Source: an uncultured Chloroflexia bacterium (lineage in GTDB: Bacteria; Chloroflexota; Limnocylindria; Limnocylindrales; CSP1-4). From it: a stretch of 64,000 nucleotides of DNA. Where the stretch lies: positions 800,001 through 864,000 of the forward strand of contig CAVVJT010000010.1 in NCBI GenBank assembly GCA_963748625.1. The letters run 5' to 3'. The number at the start of each line of letters is the position of its first letter. The first letter of the stretch is position 1. Below the pieces are notes generated by a model. It searched no databases. It was not told the DNA's origin and was given only the letters and a program-made list of their open reading frames with translations. Below, in pieces: positions 1 to 9,578 of this stretch. Position numbers and translations under genes: made by a program.

Positions 1-1607
1 CGCGACGGGGGCGACGGGGCGCTCGTGCACATCGGCCGGACGGTCCCGGCACGCGAATGGCCGGACGCCGTGACCGATCTCGTCGCCTGGATCCGGCGGC
101 TCCGGGCCGACCATGACGAGCACCCCGGACCGGTGCAGGTCCATCGCGGCACCGATGCCGGGCGATGGGTGGCCACGTGGCCCTGGGCCGGCGCGGGGCG
201 TGCCCGCGAGATCGCCGAGGCGGCGGTGGACCTCGCCGGGCGCCCGGTCTCGCCGGCCAGGAAGGTCCGCCTGACAGGCACGCAGGCGCGCCTGGTTGCG
301 GGGTGGCAGGAGCGGATCGCGGCGGCGTCCACCGTGCCGCCGTCCTGGATCCGGGACGAGGAGCGCCGCCAGCCGGTGGTCAGCATCACCGGCACCAACG
401 GCAAGTCGACCGTGACCCGGCTGATCACGCACATCCTCCTGGGCGCCGGGCACCACGTCGGCACCACCACCTCGGACGGGATCCTCGTGGACGAGCGGAT
501 GGTGGAGGCGGGCGACTGGACCGGACCCGGCGGAGCCGTCGCGATCCTGCTCCGCGACGACGTGGACATCGCCGTGCTCGAGACCGCGCGCGGCGGACTG
601 GTCCTGCGCGGCATGGGGTACGAATCCAACGACGCGAGCGTGTTCACCAACCTCTCCTCGGACCACCTGGACCTGCAGGGCATCCACACGCTCCCCCAGC
701 TGGCCGAAGTCAAGGCGACGGTCTGCCGCATCACGCGCCCGGACGGCGCGACGGTGCTCAACGCCGATGATCCGCTCGTCGCCGGGGTCGCGCGCCGGGT
801 TCGCTGCACGGTGGGCTACTTCAGCATGGCGCCCGACGGGTCCCGCCTGCTCGCCCGGCACCGGCGGAGCGGCGGCCGCGCGTGGGTGCTCCGCGACGAG
901 ACCCTGTGGGAGTGGGACGGACCCGCCGAGCCACCGGCTCCTGGCGGTGGCCGACCTGCCCGTGGCGCTCGACGGTCTGGCCCGCCACAACATCGCGAAC
1001 GCGCTCGCTGCGGCCGGAGGCGCCCGAGCCCTGGGCGCGACGCGCGAGCAGGTGGTCGAGGGCCTGCGTGCCTTCCGCCCCTCAGCCGAGCTGTCCCCTG
1101 GGCGCTGCAACCTGTTCCGGCTCGGGCAGCAGATCGTGATCGTGGACTTCGCCCACAACGAGGCGGGCACCGAGGCGATCCTGGACGTGGCCCGCGGGAT
1201 CTCGCGGCGCGAGGTGGCGCCGGCGGTGCACCGTCAGGCAAGCCCCCCGCCCGTCACGGCCATCATCGGCACGGCCGGCGACCGCCCGGACGAGACCATC
1301 AGCGGGGTGGGCAGGATCGCGGCCACCCTGGCCGACCGGATCGTGATCAAGGAGACGCCGCACTACACCCGGGGCCGGACCCGCGAGGAGGTGGTGGAGC
1401 TCCTGCGGGCGGGCATCGCGGAGGGCGGGGCCGATCCTGCAGCGGCGGCCGTCCACCCGTCCGAGACGCTCGCGCTGGCCGCGGTCCTCGACGCCACCGA
1501 CGAGACCCGGCGTCGTCGTCCTGTTCTGCCACGAGGAGCGTGACGCCGTGTTCGCGTTGCTCGAGCAGCGCGGGGCCGTCGCGCTCGATCTCACCGCCGA
1601 GGGCTGA
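1..1607 (+). CDS. Cyanophycin synthetase paralogue (Mur-ligase M domain, apparently no ATP-grasp domain); 5'-partial, two apparent frameshifts (~920, ~1510)
   Basis: PVVSITGTNGKST P-loop, AVLETARGGL, DHLDLQGI, LNADDP; next frame gives HNIANALAA, PGRCN, DFAHN, GDR, all collinear with the M domain of the neighbouring CphA. Frame open from base 1; likely stop TGA 1605-1607. Confidence 0.75.
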
Positions 1608-1705
1608 CGAGCCCAGGCTCCGGGGGTGAAGGCGCGCCAGACCTGGCCACAGCCGAAGGCGTCGCCGGGCACCGGGGTTCGCCCCGGGTCGGCCGAGGGG
1701 CCTCG

Positions 1706-4591
1706 TCAGCCCTCGGGAGCCTCCCACTCACCCGGGTCCGCGAACGCGGTGCCGCCCTGGCTGCCGGCGCCGAGCGCCATGGCCTCCCGGTAGACGTTGA
1801 AGGCGTCGTCGGCGCACACGACAACCAGATCACCGGGTGACGCGCGCCGGAGCGCAAGCCGGACCGCCGCCTCCTCCTCGAGCACCTTGTCGACCTTGTG
1901 CACGCGGCCGGTGCCATCGCCCTTGGCCGCCCTCGCGCCTGCGGCGACGTTGGCCGCCGACTCGCCGGGAGGCCGCCCGCGCAGGTGCTTGTCCTCGCGG
2001 ATCACGATCTCGTCGAAGGCGCTCGCTGCCAGATAGCCGTAGTCGTGCTGGTCCTGGTCGCGCCGGTCACCGGGGATCCCGATGACGCCGATCGCGCGAC
2101 CCGTGCGCGGCCGGGTTGCCGGCCCGTGACCGCCGCCGAGGATGCCTGGCCGGGTCACCGGCTCCGTCATCATGCGGTTCACGAAGTCGGCAAGATTGCG
2201 CATTCCGTCCACGTTGTGGCAGTAGTCGATGACCACGCGCGTGCCTGCGACCTCGACCAGGTTCAGGCGGCCCGGCGCCTGGAAGAAGGACGTCGTGAAC
2301 GTCCGCAGGCCCTGGCGGATGTCGTGGAGGTGGGCTCCCGCTGCCCACGCGGCGGCGGCCGCGGCGAGCGCGTTGGCGACGTTCATCCGGGCCCGGCCCT
2401 GGAACGTGGACGGCATGAGGTGCGTGTACAGGACCGGCATCTTGCGCGGCCCGTGCTTGAGCACGATCAGCTCACCCTGCGGGGTGTCCTCCAGGCAGAA
2501 CGCGGCGTTGCCGCGGTTCGTATGCCCGTCCACCCGGTCGTAGCCGTCCTCGCCCTTGTGCTTGGCCATCGTGAACAGCACGACGCGCCCGGCGCAGTGG
2601 CGGCCCATGCGGTACACGTGCGGGTCGTCCGCGTTGAGCACGGCCGTCCCCGAGCGCGGGACCGCCTCCACCAGGACGCCCTTGACGCCCGCCAGCTGGC
2701 CGAGGGTGTCGATGCCGCCGAGCCCGAGGTGGTCGCCGGTCACGTTGGTGACCACGGCGACGTCGTTGCGGTCGTAGCCGAGGCCCTCGCGCAGGATGCC
2801 GCCACGCGCGACCTCGAACACGGCGGTGTCCACGGTGGGGTTCTGGAGCACCATCTGCGCCGACTTGGGGCCGCTCATGTCGCCGCGCTTCATGAGGCGG
2901 CCGTCGATCACGATGCCGTCGGTCGAGGTCATCCCGATCCGCCGGCCCATGAGCTTGAGGATGTGGGCGATCATCCGGACGGTGGTCGTCTTGCCGTTCG
3001 TGCCGGTGACCGCGATGATCGGGATCCGGGCAGGGGCGCCGGCCGGGAACAGCAGGTCGATCACCGGCTTGGCCACGTACTGGGGCTCACCCTCGGTGGG
3101 GTGCGTGTGCATCCGGAACCCGGGTGCTGCGTTCACCTCGACGATGCCGCCGCCGGTCTCGCGGACGGGCTCGGTGATGTCGGGGCAGATGAAGTCGATG
3201 CCCGCGATGTCGAGACCGACCATTCGCGCCGCGGTCTCCGCGATCTCAACGTTGTCGGGGTGGGCCTCGAACGTGCGGTCGATCGAGGTGCCGCCGGTGC
3301 TCATGTTGCCGGTCAGCGCCAGCTTCACGAACGCACCTTCGTCCGGGATGCTGTCGGGCGTGTAGCCCTGGCCCGCCAGGACCTCGTCGGCGGTGGCGTC
3401 GAGGCGGATCCGGGTCAGGACCTTCTCGTGGCCGATGCCGCGGCGCGGATCCTGGTTCGTCTCCTCGACGAGGTCGCGCACGGTCCTGCGCCCGTCGCCG
3501 GTGACGCTGGCCGGGACGCGCTCGGCGATGGCCGCGACCTGACCACCGATCACCAGGCAGCGATAGTCGCGACCGGTGAGGTACGTCTCCACCACGACGT
3601 CGCCGCGGCGGCTCTGCCGCACGGTCTCCGGCCAGGCCGCGCGGACGGCAGCCTCGTCCTTGAGGTCCAGGGCGACGCCGCGACCGTGATTGCCGTCGAG
3701 CGGCTTGATGACGCACGGGAAACCGAGGCGGCGGGCGGCCCGGGCGGCGTCGTCCTCCGTGTCCACCACCTCGCTGCGGGGCACGGGGAGCCCGGCCGAG
3801 TCGAGCAGGCGGTTGGTCAGCTTCTTGTCGGACGCGATGTCCACCGCGATCCCGCTCGTGCGGCTGGTCATCGTGGCCCGGATGCGCTGCTGGTGGACAC
3901 CCTGGCCCAGCTGGACGAGGCTGTAGCGGTCCAGGCGCATGAAGGGGATGTCGCGGATGGCGGCCTCGTCGAGGAGCGCCTGGGTGGACGGGCCGAAGGC
4001 GAGCCGCTCCGCCTGGCGGATGAGGTCCTCGAGCTCGGCCTGGTAGTCGAAGGCGTGCGCGGGATCGTCGGGGGCGACGAGGTGGTTGACGAGCCGGACG
4101 GCCTTGTTGCCCGCCTCGATGCCGATGTGCTCCTCGCGGTACTCGAAGATCACGTGGTAGCGGCCGTGCTCCCCGGTGCCGCGGGTCTTGCCATGGCGGA
4201 CAAGGGTCCCGGCGAGGTTCTGCAGCTCGAGTGCGACGTGCTCGGCCACGTGGCCCACCCAAGTGCCGTCGCGCAGCCTGCTGATGAAGCCGCCGCGGCG
4301 GCCCAGGGAACACGCGTGATCGTCGAGGCTGGGGATCAGCGCGATGAGCGAGTCGGCGAAGCCCGGCAGCGTGGCGGTGTTCCACGCCTCGAGCACGCCG
4401 AGGTCCACGGTCATCTTGATCGACGGCTCCTTGGCCCAGTAGTTGGGACCGCGGAGGACGCGGGTCTCGAGGATGCGCAGCTCCGGCGCGGGGGCGGGGG
4501 GCGCCGGATCGGCGATGGGGGCAGGGCTCACCGCCGGTGCCGCCTTGTCCTTGCGCGGCCGCTTCGGAGAAGCGGGATCCTTCTGCGCCAC
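1706..4591 (-). CDS. cphA: Cyanophycin synthetase CphA1
   Basis: LRGPNYW start region, Cx19HxxEH (HAC..GHVAEH), ATP-grasp (VIKPLDGNHGRGV, EVNAAPGFRMH), Mur domain (VTGTNGKTT, DYCHN). GTG start at 4591 preceded by GAGGAGGG. Confidence 0.95.
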   Translation of the reverse strand: MAQKDPASPKRPRKDKAAPAVSPAPIADPAPPAPAPELRILETRVLRGPNYWAKEPSIKMTVDLGVLEAWNTATLPGFADSLIALIPSLDDHACSLGRRGGFISRLRDGTWVGHVAEHVALELQNLAGTLVRHGKTRGTGEHGRYHVIFEYREEHIGIEAGNKAVRLVNHLVAPDDPAHAFDYQAELEDLIRQAERLAFGPSTQALLDEAAIRDIPFMRLDRYSLVQLGQGVHQQRIRATMTSRTSGIAVDIASDKKLTNRLLDSAGLPVPRSEVVDTEDDAARAARRLGFPCVIKPLDGNHGRGVALDLKDEAAVRAAWPETVRQSRRGDVVVETYLTGRDYRCLVIGGQVAAIAERVPASVTGDGRRTVRDLVEETNQDPRRGIGHEKVLTRIRLDATADEVLAGQGYTPDSIPDEGAFVKLALTGNMSTGGTSIDRTFEAHPDNVEIAETAARMVGLDIAGIDFICPDITEPVRETGGGIVEVNAAPGFRMHTHPTEGEPQYVAKPVIDLLFPAGAPARIPIIAVTGTNGKTTTVRMIAHILKLMGRRIGMTSTDGIVIDGRLMKRGDMSGPKSAQMVLQNPTVDTAVFEVARGGILREGLGYDRNDVAVVTNVTGDHLGLGGIDTLGQLAGVKGVLVEAVPRSGTAVLNADDPHVYRMGRHCAGRVVLFTMAKHKGEDGYDRVDGHTNRGNAAFCLEDTPQGELIVLKHGPRKMPVLYTHLMPSTFQGRARMNVANALAAAAAAWAAGAHLHDIRQGLRTFTTSFFQAPGRLNLVEVAGTRVVIDYCHNVDGMRNLADFVNRMMTEPVTRPGILGGGHGPATRPRTGRAIGVIGIPGDRRDQDQHDYGYLAASAFDEIVIREDKHLRGRPPGESAANVAAGARAAKGDGTGRVHKVDKVLEEEAAVRLALRRASPGDLVVVCADDAFNVYREAMALGAGSQGGTAFADPGEWEAPEG

Positions 4592-4805
4592 GGGCTCCCT
4601 CCTCGATATGCGTGGGACCGGAGTGTAGGGTCTGGCGGGTCGTGCGGCTACGCGATTCCCGGCGCGGCCCGGCCGCTCCCCCCAACGATGTGGCGTCCGG
4701 GCCGCGTCCGTGCAGGGCTCGACCACCCGTCTGTCGATCCGGAGGTCGAACCTCGAGGGCCTGCCGGCCAAGCGCCCCATGTCTGGGGAAATCTCTTGCC
4801 GAGGG

Positions 4806-5636
4806 TCAGACAGCCGCGTCGCCCAGGGCGTCGGTCACCGTACTGTCGGCCACGCGCGTGCGGCGCCGGAGGTCGAAGCGGTAGCCCGCGGGCAGGCTGT
4901 GGAGCACCACGCCGCTGATCATCAGCGGGCGGTGGCCGCGGATCTCCCAGGCGTCGGTCTCGGAGGCCGCTCCGTCGACAACAGTGATCGAGCCGCGCCC
5001 GATGACCTCCATCACCTGGTCCGGGCCCACGACGCCGGCCGTGTCCTCGTCCACGCCGAGACCCAGCAGGCTGGGGTTCTGGGCGATCAGGCTCAGGAGC
5101 CGGCCGAGGCGGTTCCGCTGCTGGAAGTGCTGGTCCACGATGACACCTGGCAGCAGGCCGAGTCCGGCGGCGATCTGGGCCATCCGGTGCTTGGGCGTGG
5201 CCCCCGACGCGCCGAAGGCGATCATGTGGCTGGACACGGCGCTCGCGCCCGCGGAGGTTCCGGCCACAACGGCTCCCCTGCGGAAGCTCTCCACCATGGC
5301 ACCGGCTACCCGCGTGCCGCCGAGCATGGACGAGAGCCGCAACTGGTTGCCGCCCGTCATGAAGACGCCGCTGCTCTCGGCGATGACCTTGGCTGCATGC
5401 TCGTCGTTGGCCTGCGCCCGGGTGGTGGTGTTCAGCGGGGTCACGCTGGCCGCGCCGAGCTCGGTGAAGATCGCCTTGTACCGCTCCCCGGCCTCAAGAC
5501 CGAAGGAGCTGGCCGTGGCGATCACGGCGATCCGGGCATCCGGACCACCGGCGAGCTGCGCGAAGCGGGCGAGGATGACGCGGTCGCGGACCTTGTCCTC
5601 CGCCCCGCCAATGACAATCACGGTTCCGTGCGGCAT
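4806..5636 (-). CDS. cphB: Cyanophycinase (peptidase S51)
   Basis: IIGGAEDK, GGNQ, GTSAGA nucleophile motif, DQHFQQRNRLGRL, GVDEDT; directly upstream of cphA. Confidence 0.95.
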   Translation of the reverse strand: MPHGTVIVIGGAEDKVRDRVILARFAQLAGGPDARIAVIATASSFGLEAGERYKAIFTELGAASVTPLNTTTRAQANDEHAAKVIAESSGVFMTGGNQLRLSSMLGGTRVAGAMVESFRRGAVVAGTSAGASAVSSHMIAFGASGATPKHRMAQIAAGLGLLPGVIVDQHFQQRNRLGRLLSLIAQNPSLLGLGVDEDTAGVVGPDQVMEVIGRGSITVVDGAASETDAWEIRGHRPLMISGVVLHSLPAGYRFDLRRRTRVADSTVTDALGDAAV

Positions 5637-5650
5637 GGTCGCAGGAGTCT

Positions 5651-5694
5651 ACCAGCGGTCCTGTTCGGCACCAGCGGTCCTCTTCGGCACCAGC
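5651..5694. repeat. 19-bp tandem repeat (about 2.3 copies) immediately upstream of cphB
   Basis: accagcggtcctgttcggc / accagcggtcctcttcggc / accagc, adjacent to the -10-like TAGACT of cphB. Confidence 0.8.
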
Positions 5695-5911
5695 ACCGTG
5701 GCCCACTCCGTGGTTGCATCCTGCCCCTTGTGTGGGGCATTTCGGCGGGTCGTGAGCGTGCCGTGGGAGCGAACGTCGAGGTTTCCGACGCAGACCGTGC
5801 GTGCGAGGAGCGGAATCGCCCCCCTGGTGGGGCGCGGCGCAGGCATTGGCCCGCTCGGGCGCAGTCGCCGCGACGCCACGTGTACCCCTTCACGAGCGAG
5901 AATGCACGTGC

Positions 5912-6916
5912 ATGGACGTGAACGCCGCTCCCCGGGCGCGCCCCGCCCGCAGGGCAGGGGTGGTCCGGCGCGCGCTCCGCCGTGAGACCGTCCGCATCCG
6001 GTCGCCCCAGCGCGCGCTGGCCATGGTGCTGCTCGCGGCCTGGTTCGGCTTCGTGCTCGCCGGGATGATCGCCCGCGGCGACAATGCGGCCGCCGACGCC
6101 CAAGCCTATTGGGCGGCCGTGAGGATCTGGCTGGAGGGCGGCGACCCGTACCACCCCACGGGGCCGTTCCTGCCCTACGTCTACGCCCCCTGGATGCTGC
6201 CCCTGTTCGCGCCGTGGGCGATGCTCCCGTGGAACGTCGCGTGGTTCGTGTGGCGGGGCGCCTCGCTGCTGCTCTGGCTCTGGACGGTGCGCTGGGCGTA
6301 CGCACGCCGGCCGCTGGCCACCGCGATCCTGGTCTGGCTGCTGCTCATCCCGATGCTCAGCAGCATCGACACCGGGAACATCAACCTCCTGCTCGCGCTG
6401 GCGCTGTTCGGCGCGCACTTCATGGGGCCGCGGGCGGGCGGCCTGATCTGGGGTCTCGCGACGTGGATGAAGTGGGTACCCGCCGTCATCTGGTTCTTCC
6501 TCCCGCCGCGGACCCGGTCCTGGGGCCTCATCTTCCTCGCGCTCTCGGGCGTGCTGTCGCTCCTGATGCTGCCGCTGACCATCGTCCAGCTCCAGGCGCT
6601 GTTCGGCTTCGGGACGCGGCCGTTCCGCGCGGACTTCTTCGTGTTCGTCTGGGCGGTGGTGCCATGGTGGTGGCAGCTGCATCACCCGTTCGCGTTCCTC
6701 CAGCCGCGGGCCTGGCGGGCAGCAATCGCGAAGCAGTGGGCGCGGGTCCGCCGCTGGGCAACGGGCTTCCGGACCCGGCCGCGGGCGACCGCTGAGCTCG
6801 CACGGATCAAGACCAGGGCGTTCCTGCGCGCCTACCTGGGGCTGGACCGGCAAGCTCCGTCCAGGCGGGCGCGCAAGGTCGAGGTCGTGCACGTGGCCGC
6901 CGACATCGGCGACTGA
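5912..6916 (+). CDS. GT87/DUF2029-like membrane glycosyltransferase
   Basis: DAQAYW..GGDPY, PYVYAPW, GNINLLL, KWVP motifs with multiple hydrophobic helices. Confidence 0.7.
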   Translation: MDVNAAPRARPARRAGVVRRALRRETVRIRSPQRALAMVLLAAWFGFVLAGMIARGDNAAADAQAYWAAVRIWLEGGDPYHPTGPFLPYVYAPWMLPLFAPWAMLPWNVAWFVWRGASLLLWLWTVRWAYARRPLATAILVWLLLIPMLSSIDTGNINLLLALALFGAHFMGPRAGGLIWGLATWMKWVPAVIWFFLPPRTRSWGLIFLALSGVLSLLMLPLTIVQLQALFGFGTRPFRADFFVFVWAVVPWWWQLHHPFAFLQPRAWRAAIAKQWARVRRWATGFRTRPRATAELARIKTRAFLRAYLGLDRQAPSRRARKVEVVHVAADIGD

Positions 6917-7026
6917 CGGCAGGTCCATGGGCCCCGGCCGTGGTCCCGGGTCAGCCGGGGAGACCGCGGGAATCGGAAGGCCCGGCCGAAGGGCGACCGG
7001 GCCTTGTCGAACCAGGAGCGGACCGG

Positions 7027-8385
7027 TCAGGCTGCGGCTGCCCCCACCGCCGGAATGCGGCTGCGACGCGGCTCCACCACCGGCCGCAGGGTGACGGCGG
7101 CGAGGGCGAACCCCGCGACCGCGAGCATGAACACGACACGCGGGCTGAGGGGCTCATAGCCGGCACCGGTAACCATGTCCAGCACGAGACCGCCGATCGC
7201 GATCGACAGCGGCGCCGCCGACCCCGTCGCGACGTTGCTCATGCCCATGTACCGGCCCGCCGAAGCCCGCGGGATGATGTCCGTCATGAGCGCCCAGTCC
7301 ACGGCGAGGAACGTCCCGTTGGCGGCCCCGAACAGGGCGGCGCCTGCGATCGCCAGCGGGATCGACGGCGTCAGCGCGATGATCCCGGACCCGATGGCAC
7401 CGAAGGCGCAGGCGCCGAAGATGACCGCCTTGCGTCCGATCCGGTCGGACAGCTTGGAGGCCGGCAGGATGGCGATCGCGCTGGCGAGGATCACGGCGAC
7501 CAGGATCACGACGTACATCCCGTTCGCCTCGACCTTGTCCATGCTGAACGCCCGGCTCAGGTAGATCACGACGAAGTTCACGAGCAGCGAGCCCGCGGTC
7601 AGGAACAGCAGCCGGGAGAACAGCAGCCAGACATAGGAGCGCTCGTGCAGGATGTCGGTCGCCCACGCCTCGCGGGCGATCCGCGGCCAGGAGCGGCCCT
7701 CGCGGTCCTTGGGCGGCATCCCCTTGCCCACCTTGAGCACCACCGAGAGCATGGTGACCAGCTCCACGATGGCGATCGCGACAAGCGACAGGTGCATCGC
7801 CCCGAAGGCGACCGACAGCGAGACCAGCAGGAACCCGGTCACGTTGCCGGCGACCTGCATCAGGCCGACCATGCCGCTGGCCATGCCCACCTGGGGTTCG
7901 GCGACGAGGTCCGGCACGTAGCCCTGGAACGGGCCGCGCGCGATGTTGGTGCTGACCGAGAGCAGCAGCATGAACACGGCAAGCGAGAGCACCGTGTTGC
8001 CGTTGGCGATCGCCAGCAGGAAGACGACGTCCAGCAGCGAGCCGAACACGATGTACGGCTTGCGGCGGCCCCAGCGGCTCACGGTGAAGTCGCTGATGTA
8101 GCCGACCGTCGGCTGGATCAGGATGCCGATGATGGCGGCGAAGATGCCGATGAAGAACATCGACTGGCCGACGCGTTCGACAGGAACCAGCCCGTCGAAC
8201 TCGAGACGGTTGGTGATGAACAGGCCGACGGCGGCATCGATGGCGGTCAGGCCCAGCCAGTAGGCGGAGATCCTGAGCAGCTGGGTCAGCGGCAGCAGCG
8301 CCGTGGGGCGTGCGCCCTCCTCGGCTGGGTCGCCGGTCGCGATGGTGGCGGTGGTGGCGGTGTCGTCCACGGTCCGAGCTCCCAT
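7027..8385 (-). CDS. MFS transporter (sucrose/GPH-like)
   Basis: About 12 hydrophobic segments, QPTVGYISD..WGRRKPY, KLSDRIGRK. Confidence 0.9.
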   Translation of the reverse strand: MGARTVDDTATTATIATGDPAEEGARPTALLPLTQLLRISAYWLGLTAIDAAVGLFITNRLEFDGLVPVERVGQSMFFIGIFAAIIGILIQPTVGYISDFTVSRWGRRKPYIVFGSLLDVVFLLAIANGNTVLSLAVFMLLLSVSTNIARGPFQGYVPDLVAEPQVGMASGMVGLMQVAGNVTGFLLVSLSVAFGAMHLSLVAIAIVELVTMLSVVLKVGKGMPPKDREGRSWPRIAREAWATDILHERSYVWLLFSRLLFLTAGSLLVNFVVIYLSRAFSMDKVEANGMYVVILVAVILASAIAILPASKLSDRIGRKAVIFGACAFGAIGSGIIALTPSIPLAIAGAALFGAANGTFLAVDWALMTDIIPRASAGRYMGMSNVATGSAAPLSIAIGGLVLDMVTGAGYEPLSPRVVFMLAVAGFALAAVTLRPVVEPRRSRIPAVGAAAA

Positions 8386-8420
8386 CCCGCTTGGAACCCC
8401 TCGGGTTCGGTTCCGCCGGT

Positions 8421-9140
8421 CTAGGCTGTGCCGGCGTCCTTGGGCTGGCCGCGCTCATCGAGCGCGATCGTGTGGTGGAGACGCACGAGATGCCGGTCCG
8501 TTGCGCCCTCCGCCGCGAAGCGGAAGAGCGAGCGGTCGATCGAGTACAGGGCGGTCGAGGCGAGGCCGATCGACCCCAGCCGGTAGGCGAACACCGGGTT
8601 CTCCGGGTTGCCGGCGTAGTGGTGCGACGAGCCGCCGGCCGCAAGCGTGGCGAGATTGGCGACGCCGCCGAACTGCGCGTGGAGGCCCGCGAGGAGGGCC
8701 GGGGCCTCGCCGTCCGCCCAGGCGTCCTCCAGCCAGCGCGCGCCCGCCTCGGTGTCGGCACGGCCGTGGATGCGGCCCTGGTCCTGGTAGCGGCTGCGCG
8801 CCGCCTGGTAGTCCGCGAGCTCGCCGTTGTGGCAGAACGCGAAGCGTCCCGCCGGGTCCGCGAAGGGCTGGGTGTCGGCCAGCTGGATCGTTGAGAGCTT
8901 CGAGGGGCGGCGCAGGTGGACGAGCAGGCTCGTGGTCTCGGTCGCGCCGACCACGTCCCGTGCCGGGTCGTCGCGGAAGGCGGCGGTGGTCCGGTGGGTC
9001 TCGAGGGTTCCCGCGGGCGTCACCCAGGCCGCGCCCCAGCCGAAGCCGGCGAGACCCCAGCGCTCCATCCGCTCCACGAGGTCCCACAGGGCATCCAGGC
9101 GGAACGGGGAGGCGGCACGGGCAACGAGCTGCTCACACAT
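8421..9140 (-). CDS. Class II glutamine amidotransferase-like Ntn hydrolase (EgtC/YafJ-like)
   Basis: Met-Cys N-terminus, GWG, HLRR, DTQPF, FCHNG, DTE motifs. Confidence 0.8.
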   Translation of the reverse strand: MCEQLVARAASPFRLDALWDLVERMERWGLAGFGWGAAWVTPAGTLETHRTTAAFRDDPARDVVGATETTSLLVHLRRPSKLSTIQLADTQPFADPAGRFAFCHNGELADYQAARSRYQDQGRIHGRADTEAGARWLEDAWADGEAPALLAGLHAQFGGVANLATLAAGGSSHHYAGNPENPVFAYRLGSIGLASTALYSIDRSLFRFAAEGATDRHLVRLHHTIALDERGQPKDAGTA

Positions 9141-9161
9141 CCGGCCGGATCATAGGCGTCC

Positions 9162-9548
9162 GGGCGTACCCTCGTGAACGATTCGTGCCCTCCGGTCCTG
9201 CGGCGCGCCCGTCGGGCCTGGTGAGGTTCGAGCTCCCGCCTGGCGGGCCGTGCGTGCAGAACTTGGCACGTCCGTGCCGCTCCGGGGGCAGGAACCCGCC
9301 CTTGCGGTGGTTCCGGGGCCGATCCTCCCGCCCGGCGGGCCATCTGCGCTGAAGCCTGCACGTAGGGCCCGCCCAGCGGGAGGCATTCGCCCGGTGCGCG
9401 GTCGCGGCCTGGTGCGTGGTCGCGGCCCGGTGCGTGGTCGCGGCCCGGTGCGTGGTCGCGGCCCGGTGCGTGGTCGCGGCCCGGTGCGTGGTCGCGGCCC
9501 GTCCAGTTCGACCGTGGGCGTACGCTCGTGAACGATTCGTGCCCTCCG
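9162..9548. repeat. 33-bp direct repeat pair (9162-9194, 9516-9548) flanking an intergenic insert
   Basis: gggcgtac(c/g)ctcgtgaacgattcgtgccctccg occurs twice with one mismatch. Confidence 0.9.
9391..9498. repeat. 18-bp tandem repeat, 6 copies
   Basis: Unit ccggtgcgtggtcgcggc; copies 1-2 carry one mismatch each; no spacers. Confidence 0.95.
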
Positions 9549-9555
9549 CGACGTC
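9530..9555 (+). promoter_or_regulatory. Putative ECF sigma autoregulatory promoter
   Basis: GAACGA-N16-CGTC about 24 nt upstream of the sigma ATG, with GGAGGGA RBS in between; fits the general ECF AAC/CGT consensus. Confidence 0.55.
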
Positions 9556-9578
9556 AGGTCGGATGAACGGAGGGACGC

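Noticed and set aside
1898-4918. 1006-aa plus-strand ORF and similar long antisense ORFs elsewhere
   Set aside because: Shadow frames of real genes in high-GC DNA; no recognisable motifs.
9391-9498. Possible CRISPR array
   Set aside because: Units are contiguous with no spacers, and no cas genes are present.
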